From NCBI GenBank assembly GCA_024279715.1, contig JAJRRH010000108.1, positions 1-46,124 of the forward strand: a stretch of 46,124 bases of DNA, in the 5' to 3' direction. Below are positions 17,665 through 28,174 of this stretch, in pieces; the first letter of the stretch is position 1, and each line of letters starts with the position of its first letter. The DNA is from Bacteroidota bacterium. GTDB taxonomy: Bacteria; Bacteroidota; Bacteroidia; Flavobacteriales_D; JABDKJ01. The notes below the pieces were generated by a model that worked only from the letters and a program-made list of their open reading frames with translations, was not told the origin of the DNA and did not search any database. Position numbers and translations under genes: made by a program.

Positions 17665-18054
17665 CTAATTTTGGCAGTCGGGCTTGAATGAATCGCTTGA
17701 TATCTCCAAAATCTCCGATTGTTCTTTGCGCATTTCTATAACGTAGGTGTATTTTCGATCCTCAGAATATATGGTATAGCTATAGGGTTTGATTTTGGTT
17801 TGACTTTCACTAAAATCGACTTTTCCTTCTTCTAGTAATTCATCAACATCGCTCATGGTAAGGGCATAAGCCGCAAACTGACAATCTGCCTTGTCTGACA
17901 AAAAAACACTTGAGTCTTTGATGTTGTTTTTTATCACATTAGCGGGCAACCAAGAAGTGAATACACTGAGCCTGTCTTTAAAAAAAACACCTGTCAGAAT
18001 AACTCCAATGGCTACTCCAAATAAAAATCTCTTTAGTCTTTGAAAAAATGTCAT
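17665..18054 (-). CDS. Conserved hypothetical membrane-anchored protein (DUF4258-like)
   Basis: 129 aa with an N-terminal TM helix, KADCQ and G.VDFSES motifs and a terminal Cys; translationally coupled to ald. Confidence 0.7.
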   Translation of the reverse strand: MTFFQRLKRFLFGVAIGVILTGVFFKDRLSVFTSWLPANVIKNNIKDSSVFLSDKADCQFAAYALTMSDVDELLEEGKVDFSESQTKIKPYSYTIYSEDRKYTYVIEMRKEQSEILEISSDSFKPDCQN

Positions 18055-18056
18055 CG

Positions 18057-19274
18057 TTATAATCCTGCTACTAGTAAATCAATATCTTTATATCTCATGT
18101 CAAAAGCTTCCCCAAGCAATTGATTTGTTAATATCCCCTTATAGAGGTATGTGCCATTTCTGAATCCGGGATTTCTTTTCATTAAGCTTGATACACCACC
18201 TACTTCACCCATTTCAACTAATAAGGGAGCAAATATTTGACTCAAAGCATAAGACGCAGTACGAGAAACTCTCGAAGCGATATTTGGCACACAATAGTGT
18301 ATTACATCGTGAACCTTATAAGTTGGATCTTTATGGGTTGTCACTTTTGAGGTCTCAAAGCATCCGCCTCTATCAATACTCACATCCACTATTACTGATC
18401 CTGCTTTCATCCCTTGTACCATTTCATCGGTGACAATAACTGGTGTTCGCCTCTTTGGTGACCTCAGAGCTCCAATAGCTACATCGGCAGTCCGTAAGCA
18501 ATCAGCAAGAGTTGTTGGGGCGAGAATTGATGTGTATATCTGTTGTCCTAGATTATTTTGAATTCTACGTAAACGGGAGACAGAATTATCAAATACTTTT
18601 ACAGTAGCTCCTAGACCTATAGCCGCTCTGGCGGCATATTCACCAACAGTACCTGCGCCAATAATTACTACTTCACTTGATGGAATTCCGGCTATTCCTC
18701 CCAACATCACACCCAATCCATCATTGACGTTACTAAGATTTTCGGCAGCTATCAATACTGCTGTATTCCCTGCTATTTCACTCATTATTCTCACCACCGG
18801 ATATACCCCTTGCTCGTCTTTAACAAAATCCCACGCTAAGGCAGTTACCTTTTTACTCATTAGTTTCTCAAGGGTTTTCTTTGGATTAACGGTTAGTTGC
18901 AGCGCCGATAATATATTTTGTCCAGGAAACATGAGTTCTATTTCTCTATCCACAGGCGGTTCAACTTTTACAATAAAACCTGATTTAAATACTTCGTCGA
19001 GCGAACATATCTCAGCACCAGCCTCACTGTAATCGGTATCTTTAAAGTTGGCTTTTGTTCCGGCACCACGTTGCACTCTCACCCTATGTCCATTATTGAC
19101 AAGCAAGGCGACAGCCTCTGGGGTTAGGGCTACCCTATTCTCTTGAAGAGTAATTTCTTTTGGAACTCCGATGAATAAATTTTGTCTGCGTCGCCCGATT
19201 TCTAATGTCTCCTCTTGCGGTGACAACAAAGCTTCTTTCGCCAACATCTTGGTGGTTTCTTTACTTGATAACAT
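18057..19274 (-). CDS. ald: Alanine dehydrogenase
   Basis: IGVPKE...ENRVALTP, MSEIAG, IIGAGTVG, VDVSIDRGGCFETS and HYCVPNI. Confidence 0.93.
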   Translation of the reverse strand: MLSSKETTKMLAKEALLSPQEETLEIGRRRQNLFIGVPKEITLQENRVALTPEAVALLVNNGHRVRVQRGAGTKANFKDTDYSEAGAEICSLDEVFKSGFIVKVEPPVDREIELMFPGQNILSALQLTVNPKKTLEKLMSKKVTALAWDFVKDEQGVYPVVRIMSEIAGNTAVLIAAENLSNVNDGLGVMLGGIAGIPSSEVVIIGAGTVGEYAARAAIGLGATVKVFDNSVSRLRRIQNNLGQQIYTSILAPTTLADCLRTADVAIGALRSPKRRTPVIVTDEMVQGMKAGSVIVDVSIDRGGCFETSKVTTHKDPTYKVHDVIHYCVPNIASRVSRTASYALSQIFAPLLVEMGEVGGVSSLMKRNPGFRNGTYLYKGILTNQLLGEAFDMRYKDIDLLVAGL

Positions 19275-19456
19275 GGATTACTCTACTTTATTTCATGTTT
19301 GGTTAAAAAAAATATTGACTTGCAAAAGCATTGTATTGGTGCAATTTATAGATATTCAATAACTATCAAACACCATTAAATACTTCAGGGCACAATTTAA
19401 GTTAAAGGTAATAAAAAAGATGTTCGGAAAACTATAAACAATTAATAAATTCTACA

Positions 19457-19906
19457 TCACATTTCGTGAAGACGGATGACTCGATCCGTACCATTCATTA
19501 CTATCTTTACAATCAACGTTCCTGCAGAGAAAAAATCCATCGCTAACCCAGGCCATTCCACAAAAACCGTAGACCCGCCCTCGAGGTAGTCTTCAAAACC
19601 AATATCATACAATTCTTCGTTCTTTAATCTATATAAATCAAAATGGTATATAATATCATCTCCTAATACGTGCTCATTGACTATGGAATAAGTAGGGCTG
19701 CTCACCCGAGTCTTGACACCTAACAAACGTAAAATTTCAGCAATTAAAGTGGTCTTACCACAACCCATTTCTGCATCAAATAGCACGTGAGGATGTCCTT
19801 TCATGTCTGTTATAATTCTTGCCGCCACCGATGATAGTTTATCGTAGTCACCATCTTTCACGTCTTCCTCCCAGTATGTCATCATAATTTCATTTTTATC
19901 AATCAA
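19457..19906 (-). CDS. tsaE: tRNA threonylcarbamoyladenosine biosynthesis ATPase TsaE
   Basis: EMGCGKTT, VSSPTYSIVNE, YHFDLYRL and VEWP. The start may be ATG 19885. TAACTTTG lies at 19944-19937. Confidence 0.95.
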   Translation of the reverse strand: MIDKNEIMMTYWEEDVKDGDYDKLSSVAARIITDMKGHPHVLFDAEMGCGKTTLIAEILRLLGVKTRVSSPTYSIVNEHVLGDDIIYHFDLYRLKNEELYDIGFEDYLEGGSTVFVEWPGLAMDFFSAGTLIVKIVMNGTDRVIRLHEM

Positions 19907-20013
19907 TCACTGACGATAAGCCATCCTATAATTATCCAAAGTTATACAAAATATTCTGTCCGATAGAATATTTAATAAACAGTTTAAAAATCTTCCAAAA
20001 TGATTAGATTTGC

Positions 20014-21978
20014 ATGAAATCATTACCCTACAATAATATGGCTTTCCAACCCGCATACAAGGCAATGTTTATTTCTTTTATAAGTATATTCCTACTAACT
20101 TGTAATGCGCAAAATGATACTAAAAACGACATGACCGATTTAAAGAAAATACCCCTAGAAGATTTTTTTAAAAACCCAAACAAATCCAATCTTACTATTT
20201 CACCTGATGGTGACTATATAGCATATCTAGCTCCTGTAAACAATCGAATGAACATTCATGTCCAAGAATTAAATACAGAGACTGTAACGCAAATAACCTT
20301 TGAAGTAGAGCGAGATGTTGCGGGATATCTATGGGCTACCAACCAAAGAATTCTTTTTTTGAAAGACAGTGGTGGTGATGAGAATTACAAACTATTTGGT
20401 GTCGATACTGATGGCCAAAATGCTTCTGGACTTACAGATTTTGATGGTGTTCTCACCCAAATAATAGATCGCCTAGACAATAATAACGATGAAATCATTA
20501 TTGGGATGAACAAACGTGTACCACAAATATTTGACCCCTATAGATTGAATATCAACACAGGAGAGCTTACTCAGTTGCACGAAAATCCGGGTAATATCTC
20601 AGGTTGGATAACCGATCATGAAGGCAAGCTTCGGATGGCATCCACTACGGATGGCGTCAATACCGGATTACTATATCGAGAAACGGAAGAGGATTCGTTT
20701 GAAGAGGTATTTCATACCAATTTCAAATCGACGCTAAGCCCAGCTTTTTTCACTTTTGACAACAAAGAGATCTACGCGTTATCTAATATCAATAGAGACA
20801 AGCTAGCATTGGTTCGCTTCGATCCAAAGACCGGAGAAGAAAAAGAATTGATTTTTAAAAATGAGGACTACGACCTTAGTAATGCTTCTTATTCTAAGAA
20901 ACGAAAAAGATTGACCAATGCATCTTACACGAGCTGGAAACAGACAAAACACTTCTTCGATGCTCATGAGAAAAGCATTTATGATTTCCTAGCAAACAAC
21001 CTTTCAGAAGAAGATTTCGTCATTACCTCTGAAAATAAAGATGAGAATAAATTTATCGTGCGTACCTATAGTGATAAATCGAGAGGTGGGTATTATTTTC
21101 TGGATTGGGACAAGAGGTATCTCAAACATATTGAATCTCTTTCGCCATGGATTGATGAAGCGGATATGGCGGATATGAATCCCATTCAATTTCAATCACG
21201 TGATAGCATCACATTGCATGGCTACCTGACGCTACCTAAAGGCTACACGATGACGTCTGCCAAAAATTTACCTTTGGTTGTCAATCCACATGGTGGTCCT
21301 TGGGCTAGAGACAGCTGGGGCTTCAATCCAGAAATTCAGTTCCTAGCAAACCAGGGCTATGCAGTATTGCAAATAAACTTTAGAGGCTCTACTGGATATG
21401 GTAAGAAATTCTGGGAAGCATCATTCGGTCAATGGGGATTATCCATGCAGGATGACATTACGGATGGCGTACAATGGGCAATAGATAAAGGGATAGTTGA
21501 CAAAGATAAAATTGCAATTTATGGGGGGAGTTATGGCGGCTATGCTACCCTTGCTGGATTGGCATTTACCCCTGAATTATATGCCTGTGGCGTGGATTAT
21601 GTAGGGGTTTCAAACCTATTTACCTTCATGGAATCTATCCCACCTTATTGGGAGCAATACCTCAGTATGCTTCACGAAATGGTAGGGCATCCGGAAAAAG
21701 ATAAAGCACGGCTTGAGGATACTTCACCGGCCTTGCAAGCAGATAAAATTATCGCCCCTTTATTTGTAGCCCAAGGAGCCAATGACCCTAGGGTCAACAA
21801 AGCGGAATCAGACCAAATGGTAGAAGCATTAAAAGCGAGAGGTGTGGAAGTTCAATACCTCGTGAAAGACAATGAAGGTCATGGTTTTCACAACGAAGAG
21901 AATAGATTTGAATTTTATCGGGCGATGAGTGATTTTTTAAAACTACACATAGGACAAACCAATAATTCAAACAAATAA
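20014..21978 (+). CDS. S9 family peptidase (dipeptidyl aminopeptidase/acylaminoacyl peptidase), secreted
   Basis: HGGP, GGSYGG nucleophile, NDPRV and EGHGF. The true start is probably ATG 20038 or later, because the TAGATTTG promoter element occupies 20005-20012. Confidence 0.95.
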   Translation: MKSLPYNNMAFQPAYKAMFISFISIFLLTCNAQNDTKNDMTDLKKIPLEDFFKNPNKSNLTISPDGDYIAYLAPVNNRMNIHVQELNTETVTQITFEVERDVAGYLWATNQRILFLKDSGGDENYKLFGVDTDGQNASGLTDFDGVLTQIIDRLDNNNDEIIIGMNKRVPQIFDPYRLNINTGELTQLHENPGNISGWITDHEGKLRMASTTDGVNTGLLYRETEEDSFEEVFHTNFKSTLSPAFFTFDNKEIYALSNINRDKLALVRFDPKTGEEKELIFKNEDYDLSNASYSKKRKRLTNASYTSWKQTKHFFDAHEKSIYDFLANNLSEEDFVITSENKDENKFIVRTYSDKSRGGYYFLDWDKRYLKHIESLSPWIDEADMADMNPIQFQSRDSITLHGYLTLPKGYTMTSAKNLPLVVNPHGGPWARDSWGFNPEIQFLANQGYAVLQINFRGSTGYGKKFWEASFGQWGLSMQDDITDGVQWAIDKGIVDKDKIAIYGGSYGGYATLAGLAFTPELYACGVDYVGVSNLFTFMESIPPYWEQYLSMLHEMVGHPEKDKARLEDTSPALQADKIIAPLFVAQGANDPRVNKAESDQMVEALKARGVEVQYLVKDNEGHGFHNEENRFEFYRAMSDFLKLHIGQTNNSNK

Positions 21979-22033
21979 TATAACTTCGTCCTCCATTAGC
22001 TCGAACTATTTACGACCTTAATAAATATATAAC

Positions 22034-22468
22034 ATGAAGATTAAAATAAAATCCACTTCAAAGCACGAAATTCCGAGCTATTCTACCGTCTTATCCGCAG
22101 GCATGGATCTGCGGGCAAATATTGAAGAGCCCATTACAATATCCCCTTTGGAACGAATATTGATTCCTACTGGACTACACATTGCTCTAGTAGAAGGAAC
22201 GGAAGCGCAAATACGTCCAAGAAGTGGACTAGCATTTAAAAAAGGGCTGACGGTATTAAACTCCCCTGGAACGATTGATGCAGATTATCGAGGTGAGATA
22301 AAAGTAATACTTGTCAATCTTTCTCAAAATGAAATAGTCATTGAAGATGGTGAGCGTGTTGCGCAGATGGTAATTGCAAGATATGAGAAGATAGAATGGG
22401 AAAAGGTAGAATCTCTTGATGAAACTGTCAGAGGTGAGGGTGGTTTTGGACACACAGGGGTTAAATAA
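22034..22468 (+). CDS. dut: dUTP diphosphatase
   Basis: [22 protein letters not shown] and [10 protein letters not shown]. Confidence 0.98.
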   Translation: MKIKIKSTSKHEIPSYSTVLSAGMDLRANIEEPITISPLERILIPTGLHIALVEGTEAQIRPRSGLAFKKGLTVLNSPGTIDADYRGEIKVILVNLSQNEIVIEDGERVAQMVIARYEKIEWEKVESLDETVRGEGGFGHTGVK

Positions 22469-22579
22469 TTCTCCAAAACAGCTCGAATCACTGCTTAGGA
22501 CAACATATATTTGCTGACTAACCTAAAAAGGATAAAACTAGAGCATAGATAATAGTTAAAGAACAAAACAACTATCAAT

Positions 22580-24316
22580 TTGAAAATATTATTATACATA
22601 ACATCTTTTAGTCTAATACTACTCAGTTGTAGTGGTTCTAAACAAGTCACCAAGACTTCTACAGGCTCAACCAATAAAACACACTTGGATGAGCAAACAT
22701 ACCTAAAGATGAAAAGCCTGTTCATTGATGCGCAAGCCCAAAAAAATATTGGGAACTTTGATCAAGCCATGAGTCTTTTTAATCGAGTACTTGAAATAGA
22801 CCCAAACAATGATGCCGCCTTATTTGATCAGGCCATGATTCTAGATAGAAAAGGAGAGTATGAATATGCGTTGAAAAAAGTAGAGGAAGCAGCACAGATA
22901 AACCCCTCAAACAAATGGTATCAATCATTGAGAGCTCAATTATATTCCGTCTTTGGCAAGTATGATATTTCCGAAAAAATATATGAAGACTTGATTAGTG
23001 CAGATCCAGATAATTTTGACTTTTCTTATGACCTCGTGTCTACTCAAATGCAGATGGGGAACTTTGATAAGTCCATTGAAACACTTAATAAAATTGAAGA
23101 AAGGACTGGGTTTAACGAAGATATAATACTTCAAAAAAAATCTTTGTATCTGGAATTACAAAAGCCTGAATTAGCATTAGCTGAAATTCAAAAATTAATC
23201 GATTCAAACCCGAAAGAGGCAAGATATCACAGCATGTTATTAAGCATCTATGCTTATGAAAAAAATGATGAGAAAATCAAAGAAACTATTGCCAATATCA
23301 AAGCCATTGACCCTGATGACCCGAGCATAAAACTATTTGCTTACGACTACAACATGTCTCAGGGAGATAAAGAAAAAGCTACTGAGTCACTTCCTGAAAT
23401 ATTTGAAAGTTCAGAGATAAACATTGATACTAAAATGGATATTTTGCTAAACTTATATAATGAAGCGGCAAACGATGCCTCACAAATAAATTCTGCTTAT
23501 GAGCTTATTGACATCCTAACAAGAGTACACCCGAATGAAGCAAAGAGTCACGCCATCTCTGGTGATTTCCTACTTATGGATGACCGAATAGAAGACGCTA
23601 GAAATGCTTTTAAAAAAGCAAGTGAATTAGACCCATCTCGAATCGCTGTTTGGAATCAACTCATTACTCTTGATGCTCAACTCAACAAACCTGAATGGCT
23701 TATTGAAGATACGGAAGTGGCGCTAGAACTATATCCTCTTACCCCTTCCTTCTATTATTACAATGCGATAGCCAATAGTCAAGAACAAAACTACGAAAAA
23801 GCGGTAGAAAGCCTATTGGCAGGAAAAGAATTAGTCTACAATGATGACAATCTAAAAGTTGAATTCTATAGCGCATTAGGCAATAATTACCACGAACTAA
23901 AACAGTATAAAGAATCGGATAAATATTTCGATAAAGCGCTAAACATCAACCAGAATAATGCAATCGTTTTAAACAATTACAGCTATTTTTTATCGATAAG
24001 AAATGAGAAACTAAACGAAGCTGAATCCATGGCAAAACTCGCTAATCAGCTACAACCAAATAGTGTTTCGTATATGGACACATACGCATGGGTGTTATAT
24101 GTAGGTGGTAAATATGAGGAGTCTAATATATGGATAAAAAAAGCAATGGCAAATGGAGGCGATTCGAGTGGAGTAATAGTGGAACATTACGGAGACATTC
24201 TATTTCGAATAGGAGAAAAAGATTTGGCAATTACACAGTGGAATAAAGCGAAAGAACTTGGTGATTTTTCGGAGTTTTTATTAGATAAAATATCCCAGAA
24301 AAAGATCATTGAATAA
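22580..24316 (+). CDS. Tetratricopeptide repeat lipoprotein
   Basis: Lipobox LLSC, many TPR units, LNNYSY and DTYAWVL...EHYGD. Confidence 0.9.
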   Translation: MKILLYITSFSLILLSCSGSKQVTKTSTGSTNKTHLDEQTYLKMKSLFIDAQAQKNIGNFDQAMSLFNRVLEIDPNNDAALFDQAMILDRKGEYEYALKKVEEAAQINPSNKWYQSLRAQLYSVFGKYDISEKIYEDLISADPDNFDFSYDLVSTQMQMGNFDKSIETLNKIEERTGFNEDIILQKKSLYLELQKPELALAEIQKLIDSNPKEARYHSMLLSIYAYEKNDEKIKETIANIKAIDPDDPSIKLFAYDYNMSQGDKEKATESLPEIFESSEINIDTKMDILLNLYNEAANDASQINSAYELIDILTRVHPNEAKSHAISGDFLLMDDRIEDARNAFKKASELDPSRIAVWNQLITLDAQLNKPEWLIEDTEVALELYPLTPSFYYYNAIANSQEQNYEKAVESLLAGKELVYNDDNLKVEFYSALGNNYHELKQYKESDKYFDKALNINQNNAIVLNNYSYFLSIRNEKLNEAESMAKLANQLQPNSVSYMDTYAWVLYVGGKYEESNIWIKKAMANGGDSSGVIVEHYGDILFRIGEKDLAITQWNKAKELGDFSEFLLDKISQKKIIE

Positions 24317-25223
24317 TTCTTTAAAACATATCCTTGCTATCTTTATAATAGCATTCACCTTTGGCTGCAATCGTCAAAGAGAGTTAACCAAGCCCAGAAG
24401 TATTCGCAGCGCTAAACTCATTGAAGAACTTCAAAATTCGCAGCTTCAATATGAATGGTTCAACACCAAAATTTCAACAACCGTAGGGATAGGGGATAAA
24501 AAAAAATCATTCAAAACGGTGGTCAAAATGCGCAAGGATAGTATTATATGGCTGTCAATATCTCCCGCTCTTGGCATTGAAGCTGTCCGCATAATCATCA
24601 CTCCTGATAGCATAAAATTTATTGATAAAATAAATAAACAGTACTTGGTGTCTGATTTAAAATTCCTTGCAGAACAGCGAAATATAACTGCCGACTTTAA
24701 TGAGCTTCAAGATATCATCGTAACAAATACTCTCCTGCTCGATCCTGAGGAGAGATTTAAAAGTTCGAGAGATGACACTAGCTATATCCTAACATCTAAG
24801 ACTAAAAGAAAATTACGTAAAGCTGTCGGTCTCAATCGACGAAAAGAAGACAATATAATGTCTCAAGACACCGTTATCATTAACATTATCAACGAAAGAA
24901 AATTTCAAAAATCTATTGCTAAAAGTGATGAAAACTCTCTTATTATCAAACGTTATTGGTTATCTCCAACCTATTGGCGACCCACAAGAACCGTAGTTAC
25001 TGATCTAACCAATGAAAGAACGATAGAGGCAGACTACACCGATTTTTTTATCCTAGAAAACATGCACAAAGATGACTTCTACTTTCCAAAAAAAGTCAGT
25101 TACACCTTTAGTGGTTTAGAATCTTCCTTTATATTAAACTTGAAATATAACAAAGTGAAAATTAACAAAAAGAGTAGTTTTCCTTTCAGAATACCTGACA
25201 ATTACAGTCCTTTAGAATTATAA
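24309..25223 (+). CDS. DUF4292 domain lipoprotein
   Basis: Lipobox FGC and RKDSIIWLSI...GIEAVR...TPDS; sits in the conserved TPR-DUF4292-M23 order. Confidence 0.85.
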   Translation: MNNSLKHILAIFIIAFTFGCNRQRELTKPRSIRSAKLIEELQNSQLQYEWFNTKISTTVGIGDKKKSFKTVVKMRKDSIIWLSISPALGIEAVRIIITPDSIKFIDKINKQYLVSDLKFLAEQRNITADFNELQDIIVTNTLLLDPEERFKSSRDDTSYILTSKTKRKLRKAVGLNRRKEDNIMSQDTVIINIINERKFQKSIAKSDENSLIIKRYWLSPTYWRPTRTVVTDLTNERTIEADYTDFFILENMHKDDFYFPKKVSYTFSGLESSFILNLKYNKVKINKKSSFPFRIPDNYSPLEL

Positions 25224-25225
25224 AA

Positions 25226-26437
25226 ATGCCAAAAACAGCTAGTATATCATCCTTTCTTTTTTTCGTTATCATTTTTTTCACACTTCCGGTTAATGGTCAA
25301 TCAAAAACTGACCTACAGAAAAAAAGAAATAAAATTCTGCAGGAAATAAGGATGACGAACAAATTGATGGCTGAGAGTAAAAACAGTGAGAACATGACCC
25401 TCTCCGAAATCAAAACATTAGAAAAACAAATTCAATTACGTCAATCACTTATCAATACTATCCACAAAGAAGTAAAAACATCGAAAAAGAAAATCGAAGA
25501 AAATCAATTGATTATCAATAACCTTCAATCAAGTCTAGCCGCATTGAAAGAAGAATATTCTCAACTTATATACCTCAGTTACAAAAACAGAAACAGTCAA
25601 GATAAAATGATGTACATCTTTGCCTCTGACGATTTCTATCAAGCCATACGACGGGTTCAATTCTTGAAAGACCTCACCTCATATCGGCAAGAACAAGGGG
25701 AACTCATCAATAGCACCAAAGCAAGTATTGACGAGAAGAATACGCAACTATCCGTGCAACAGAAAGAAAAAGAAAAATTACTGACGGAAGCGATAAATGC
25801 CAAAAAATCAATTGATCGAGACAAGAAAAGACAAGAAAAAGCATTGGCAGCCATCAATAAAGATCAGGATAAACTTTTGGCGCAACTTGATAAACAGAAA
25901 AAGAAACGAAAAGAACTACAAAAAGCTATTGAAAAACTCCTAGCTGCTGAAATGAAAAAAAACAATAGTTCTGGCACCACTAAGGGATATACTGTTACGC
26001 CCGAAGAGAAAATAAAATCACAATACTTTTCAAAGAACAAAGGAAAGTTGCCATGGCCTGTTGAGAAGGGAGTGATAGTTGGAACATTTGGTACCTCTGC
26101 GCACCAATCTATGAGTGGTATCAAAATAGAAAATAACGGCATTGATATTGCCACTGAAAAAAACAGTCTAGTCCGTGCTATCTTTGAAGGGGAAGTCAGT
26201 GGTATTATGAATATCCCAGGTTCTGGCATGGCAATAGTTGTGAAACACGGCGAATACAGAGCGGTATATTCCAATCTGCACGATGTACTTGTTGAGAAAG
26301 GTCAATTAATTGACACTAAGCAGGATATAGGTGTTCTTTTACAAGAGGGCAACCAATCAATTGCTCATCTTGAGATATGGAAAATCACTTCTGCAGGCAT
26401 GAAAAAAGAAGATCCTTCTAAATGGATTGCAAATTGA
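25226..26437 (+). CDS. Murein hydrolase activator EnvC family (coiled coil plus degenerate M23 domain)
   Basis: Long coiled coil, KGKLPWPV, and NNGIDI in place of HxxxD. Confidence 0.9.
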   Translation: MPKTASISSFLFFVIIFFTLPVNGQSKTDLQKKRNKILQEIRMTNKLMAESKNSENMTLSEIKTLEKQIQLRQSLINTIHKEVKTSKKKIEENQLIINNLQSSLAALKEEYSQLIYLSYKNRNSQDKMMYIFASDDFYQAIRRVQFLKDLTSYRQEQGELINSTKASIDEKNTQLSVQQKEKEKLLTEAINAKKSIDRDKKRQEKALAAINKDQDKLLAQLDKQKKKRKELQKAIEKLLAAEMKKNNSSGTTKGYTVTPEEKIKSQYFSKNKGKLPWPVEKGVIVGTFGTSAHQSMSGIKIENNGIDIATEKNSLVRAIFEGEVSGIMNIPGSGMAIVVKHGEYRAVYSNLHDVLVEKGQLIDTKQDIGVLLQEGNQSIAHLEIWKITSAGMKKEDPSKWIAN

Positions 26438-26485
26438 AATAAACAAGCAAGTTTTTTTTGTAACTTTGTTCAAAATTAAGTCATC

Positions 26486-26659
26486 ATGATAAATATCCCA
26501 TTAATCATATTAGCAATGCCAGGTGTAAATTCAATGCTTTTGATAGTATTGGTTGTTTTACTACTATTTGGTGGAAGAAAAATCCCTGAACTAATGCGTG
26601 GATTGGGTAAAGGAATGAAAGAATTCAAGGATGCCACAAAGGATGATAACAAAGATTAA
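26486..26659 (+). CDS. tatA: Sec-independent protein translocase subunit TatA/TatE
   Basis: Absent from the ORF track (57 aa): [66 protein letters not shown] promoter element lies at 26461-26468. Confidence 0.95.
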   Translation: MINIPLIILAMPGVNSMLLIVLVVLLLFGGRKIPELMRGLGKGMKEFKDATKDDNKD

Positions 26660-26685
26660 GAAGTTATATACCTAGTCATTACAAC

Positions 26686-28125
26686 TTGAAGACCTACACC
26701 CAACTATCCGACATTCAAAGTGAACTACAATCAGGCAAGTTAAATCTTCCTGAAGTGGTAGATTCTTTCCTAAATAAAATTGAAAGCTCTAAACTTAATG
26801 CCTTTCTTGAGGTGTTTGACAGAGAGTCTAAGGAAAAAGCCATAGAAATTCAATCAAAAATTGACGCCAAGACTAGTGGGAAATTGGCTGGGATGGTCAT
26901 TGGCATTAAGGACAACCTCACATATCTAGGCCACAAAGTAAGTGCATCTTCAAAAATTCTTGAAGGATATGAGGCGATTTATACGGCAACTGCTGTCCAA
27001 AAACTTATTGATGAAGATGCTATAATCATCGGAAGACTCAATTGCGATGAATTTGCAATGGGTAGCTCGAATGAAAACTCTGCTTTTGGCAATGTATCTC
27101 ATCCCCTCAAACAAGAATATGTACCTGGAGGTTCTTCAGGTGGATCTGCCGCCGCCGTAGCCGCCGGCCTATGTCATGCTAGCTTAGGGAGTGATACAGG
27201 TGGATCTGTAAGACAACCAGCTTCTTTCTGCGGTGTAATCGGTATGAAACCAACGTATGGTAGAATATCAAGATATGGACTTATAGCCTATGCAAGTTCT
27301 TTTGATCAAATCGGCTGCTTTACTACCAATGTGGAAGATGCAGCACTATTGGTGGAGATAATGTCAGGCGCTGACGACTATGACAGCACTGTAAGTGATA
27401 GAATAATAGAAAACTACCTGCCTCTTAAGAAAGATAAGAAATACAAAATTGCCTATATCAAAGAGGTATTAGATCATCCAAGTTTAGACCAGGAAATAGC
27501 TAAAGCATTCAAATCTAGATTGGATGACCTTAAGAATAAGGGACACGAAATAGAAGCTGTTAACTTTCCAATGCTTGAATATATGGTACCAACCTATTAT
27601 GTATTAACCACCGCCGCAGCTTCATCAAATCTTTCCAGATTTGATGGTATTCGTTTTGGATACAGAAGCAAGCAGGCCGTTGACATAGAATCTACCTACG
27701 TGAAATCACGTACGGAAGGATTTGGCAAAGAAGTCAAAAAACGTATCATGTTAGGAACATTTGTTTTAAGTGCGGGATATTATGATGCCTACTACGCCAA
27801 AGCTATGAAAATAAGAAGGCTAATACTTGAGCAAACAAATGACATCCTAAAAGACAACGACTTTATTCTCATTCCAACCGCCGCTACTACTGCTTTCAAA
27901 AAAGACGCGATAAAAGATCCTATTCAGATGTATCTTCAAGACATATTCACCGTTCACGCAAATCTGAGTGGAATGCCTGCTATTTCCCTACCACTAGACA
28001 ACCACAGTAATGGCTTAGGTTTTGGCACACAATTAATCGCAGCTCCCTTTCAAGAAAAAGCATTATTGGATTTTTCTTCTCAATTAATGAACAAAAATGA
28101 AAGTAATACGTATAACAACAATTAA
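26686..28125 (+). CDS. gatA: Asp-tRNA(Asn)/Glu-tRNA(Gln) amidotransferase subunit A
   Basis: Amidase signature (IKD, DEFAMGSS, PGGSSGGSAAAV, GSDTGGSVRQPA), plus SSNLSRFDG and KKRIMLGTFVLSAGYYDAYY. Confidence 0.96.
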   Translation: MKTYTQLSDIQSELQSGKLNLPEVVDSFLNKIESSKLNAFLEVFDRESKEKAIEIQSKIDAKTSGKLAGMVIGIKDNLTYLGHKVSASSKILEGYEAIYTATAVQKLIDEDAIIIGRLNCDEFAMGSSNENSAFGNVSHPLKQEYVPGGSSGGSAAAVAAGLCHASLGSDTGGSVRQPASFCGVIGMKPTYGRISRYGLIAYASSFDQIGCFTTNVEDAALLVEIMSGADDYDSTVSDRIIENYLPLKKDKKYKIAYIKEVLDHPSLDQEIAKAFKSRLDDLKNKGHEIEAVNFPMLEYMVPTYYVLTTAAASSNLSRFDGIRFGYRSKQAVDIESTYVKSRTEGFGKEVKKRIMLGTFVLSAGYYDAYYAKAMKIRRLILEQTNDILKDNDFILIPTAATTAFKKDAIKDPIQMYLQDIFTVHANLSGMPAISLPLDNHSNGLGFGTQLIAAPFQEKALLDFSSQLMNKNESNTYNNN

Positions 28126-28174
28126 GTACCACTAGAAGAGTTATTAAAATTGAATTATGTTATATATTAGCCCA

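Noticed and set aside
25226..26437. Loss of zinc ligands in the M23 domain as a sign of pseudogenisation
   Set aside because: A degenerate active site is the normal state of EnvC-type amidase activators.
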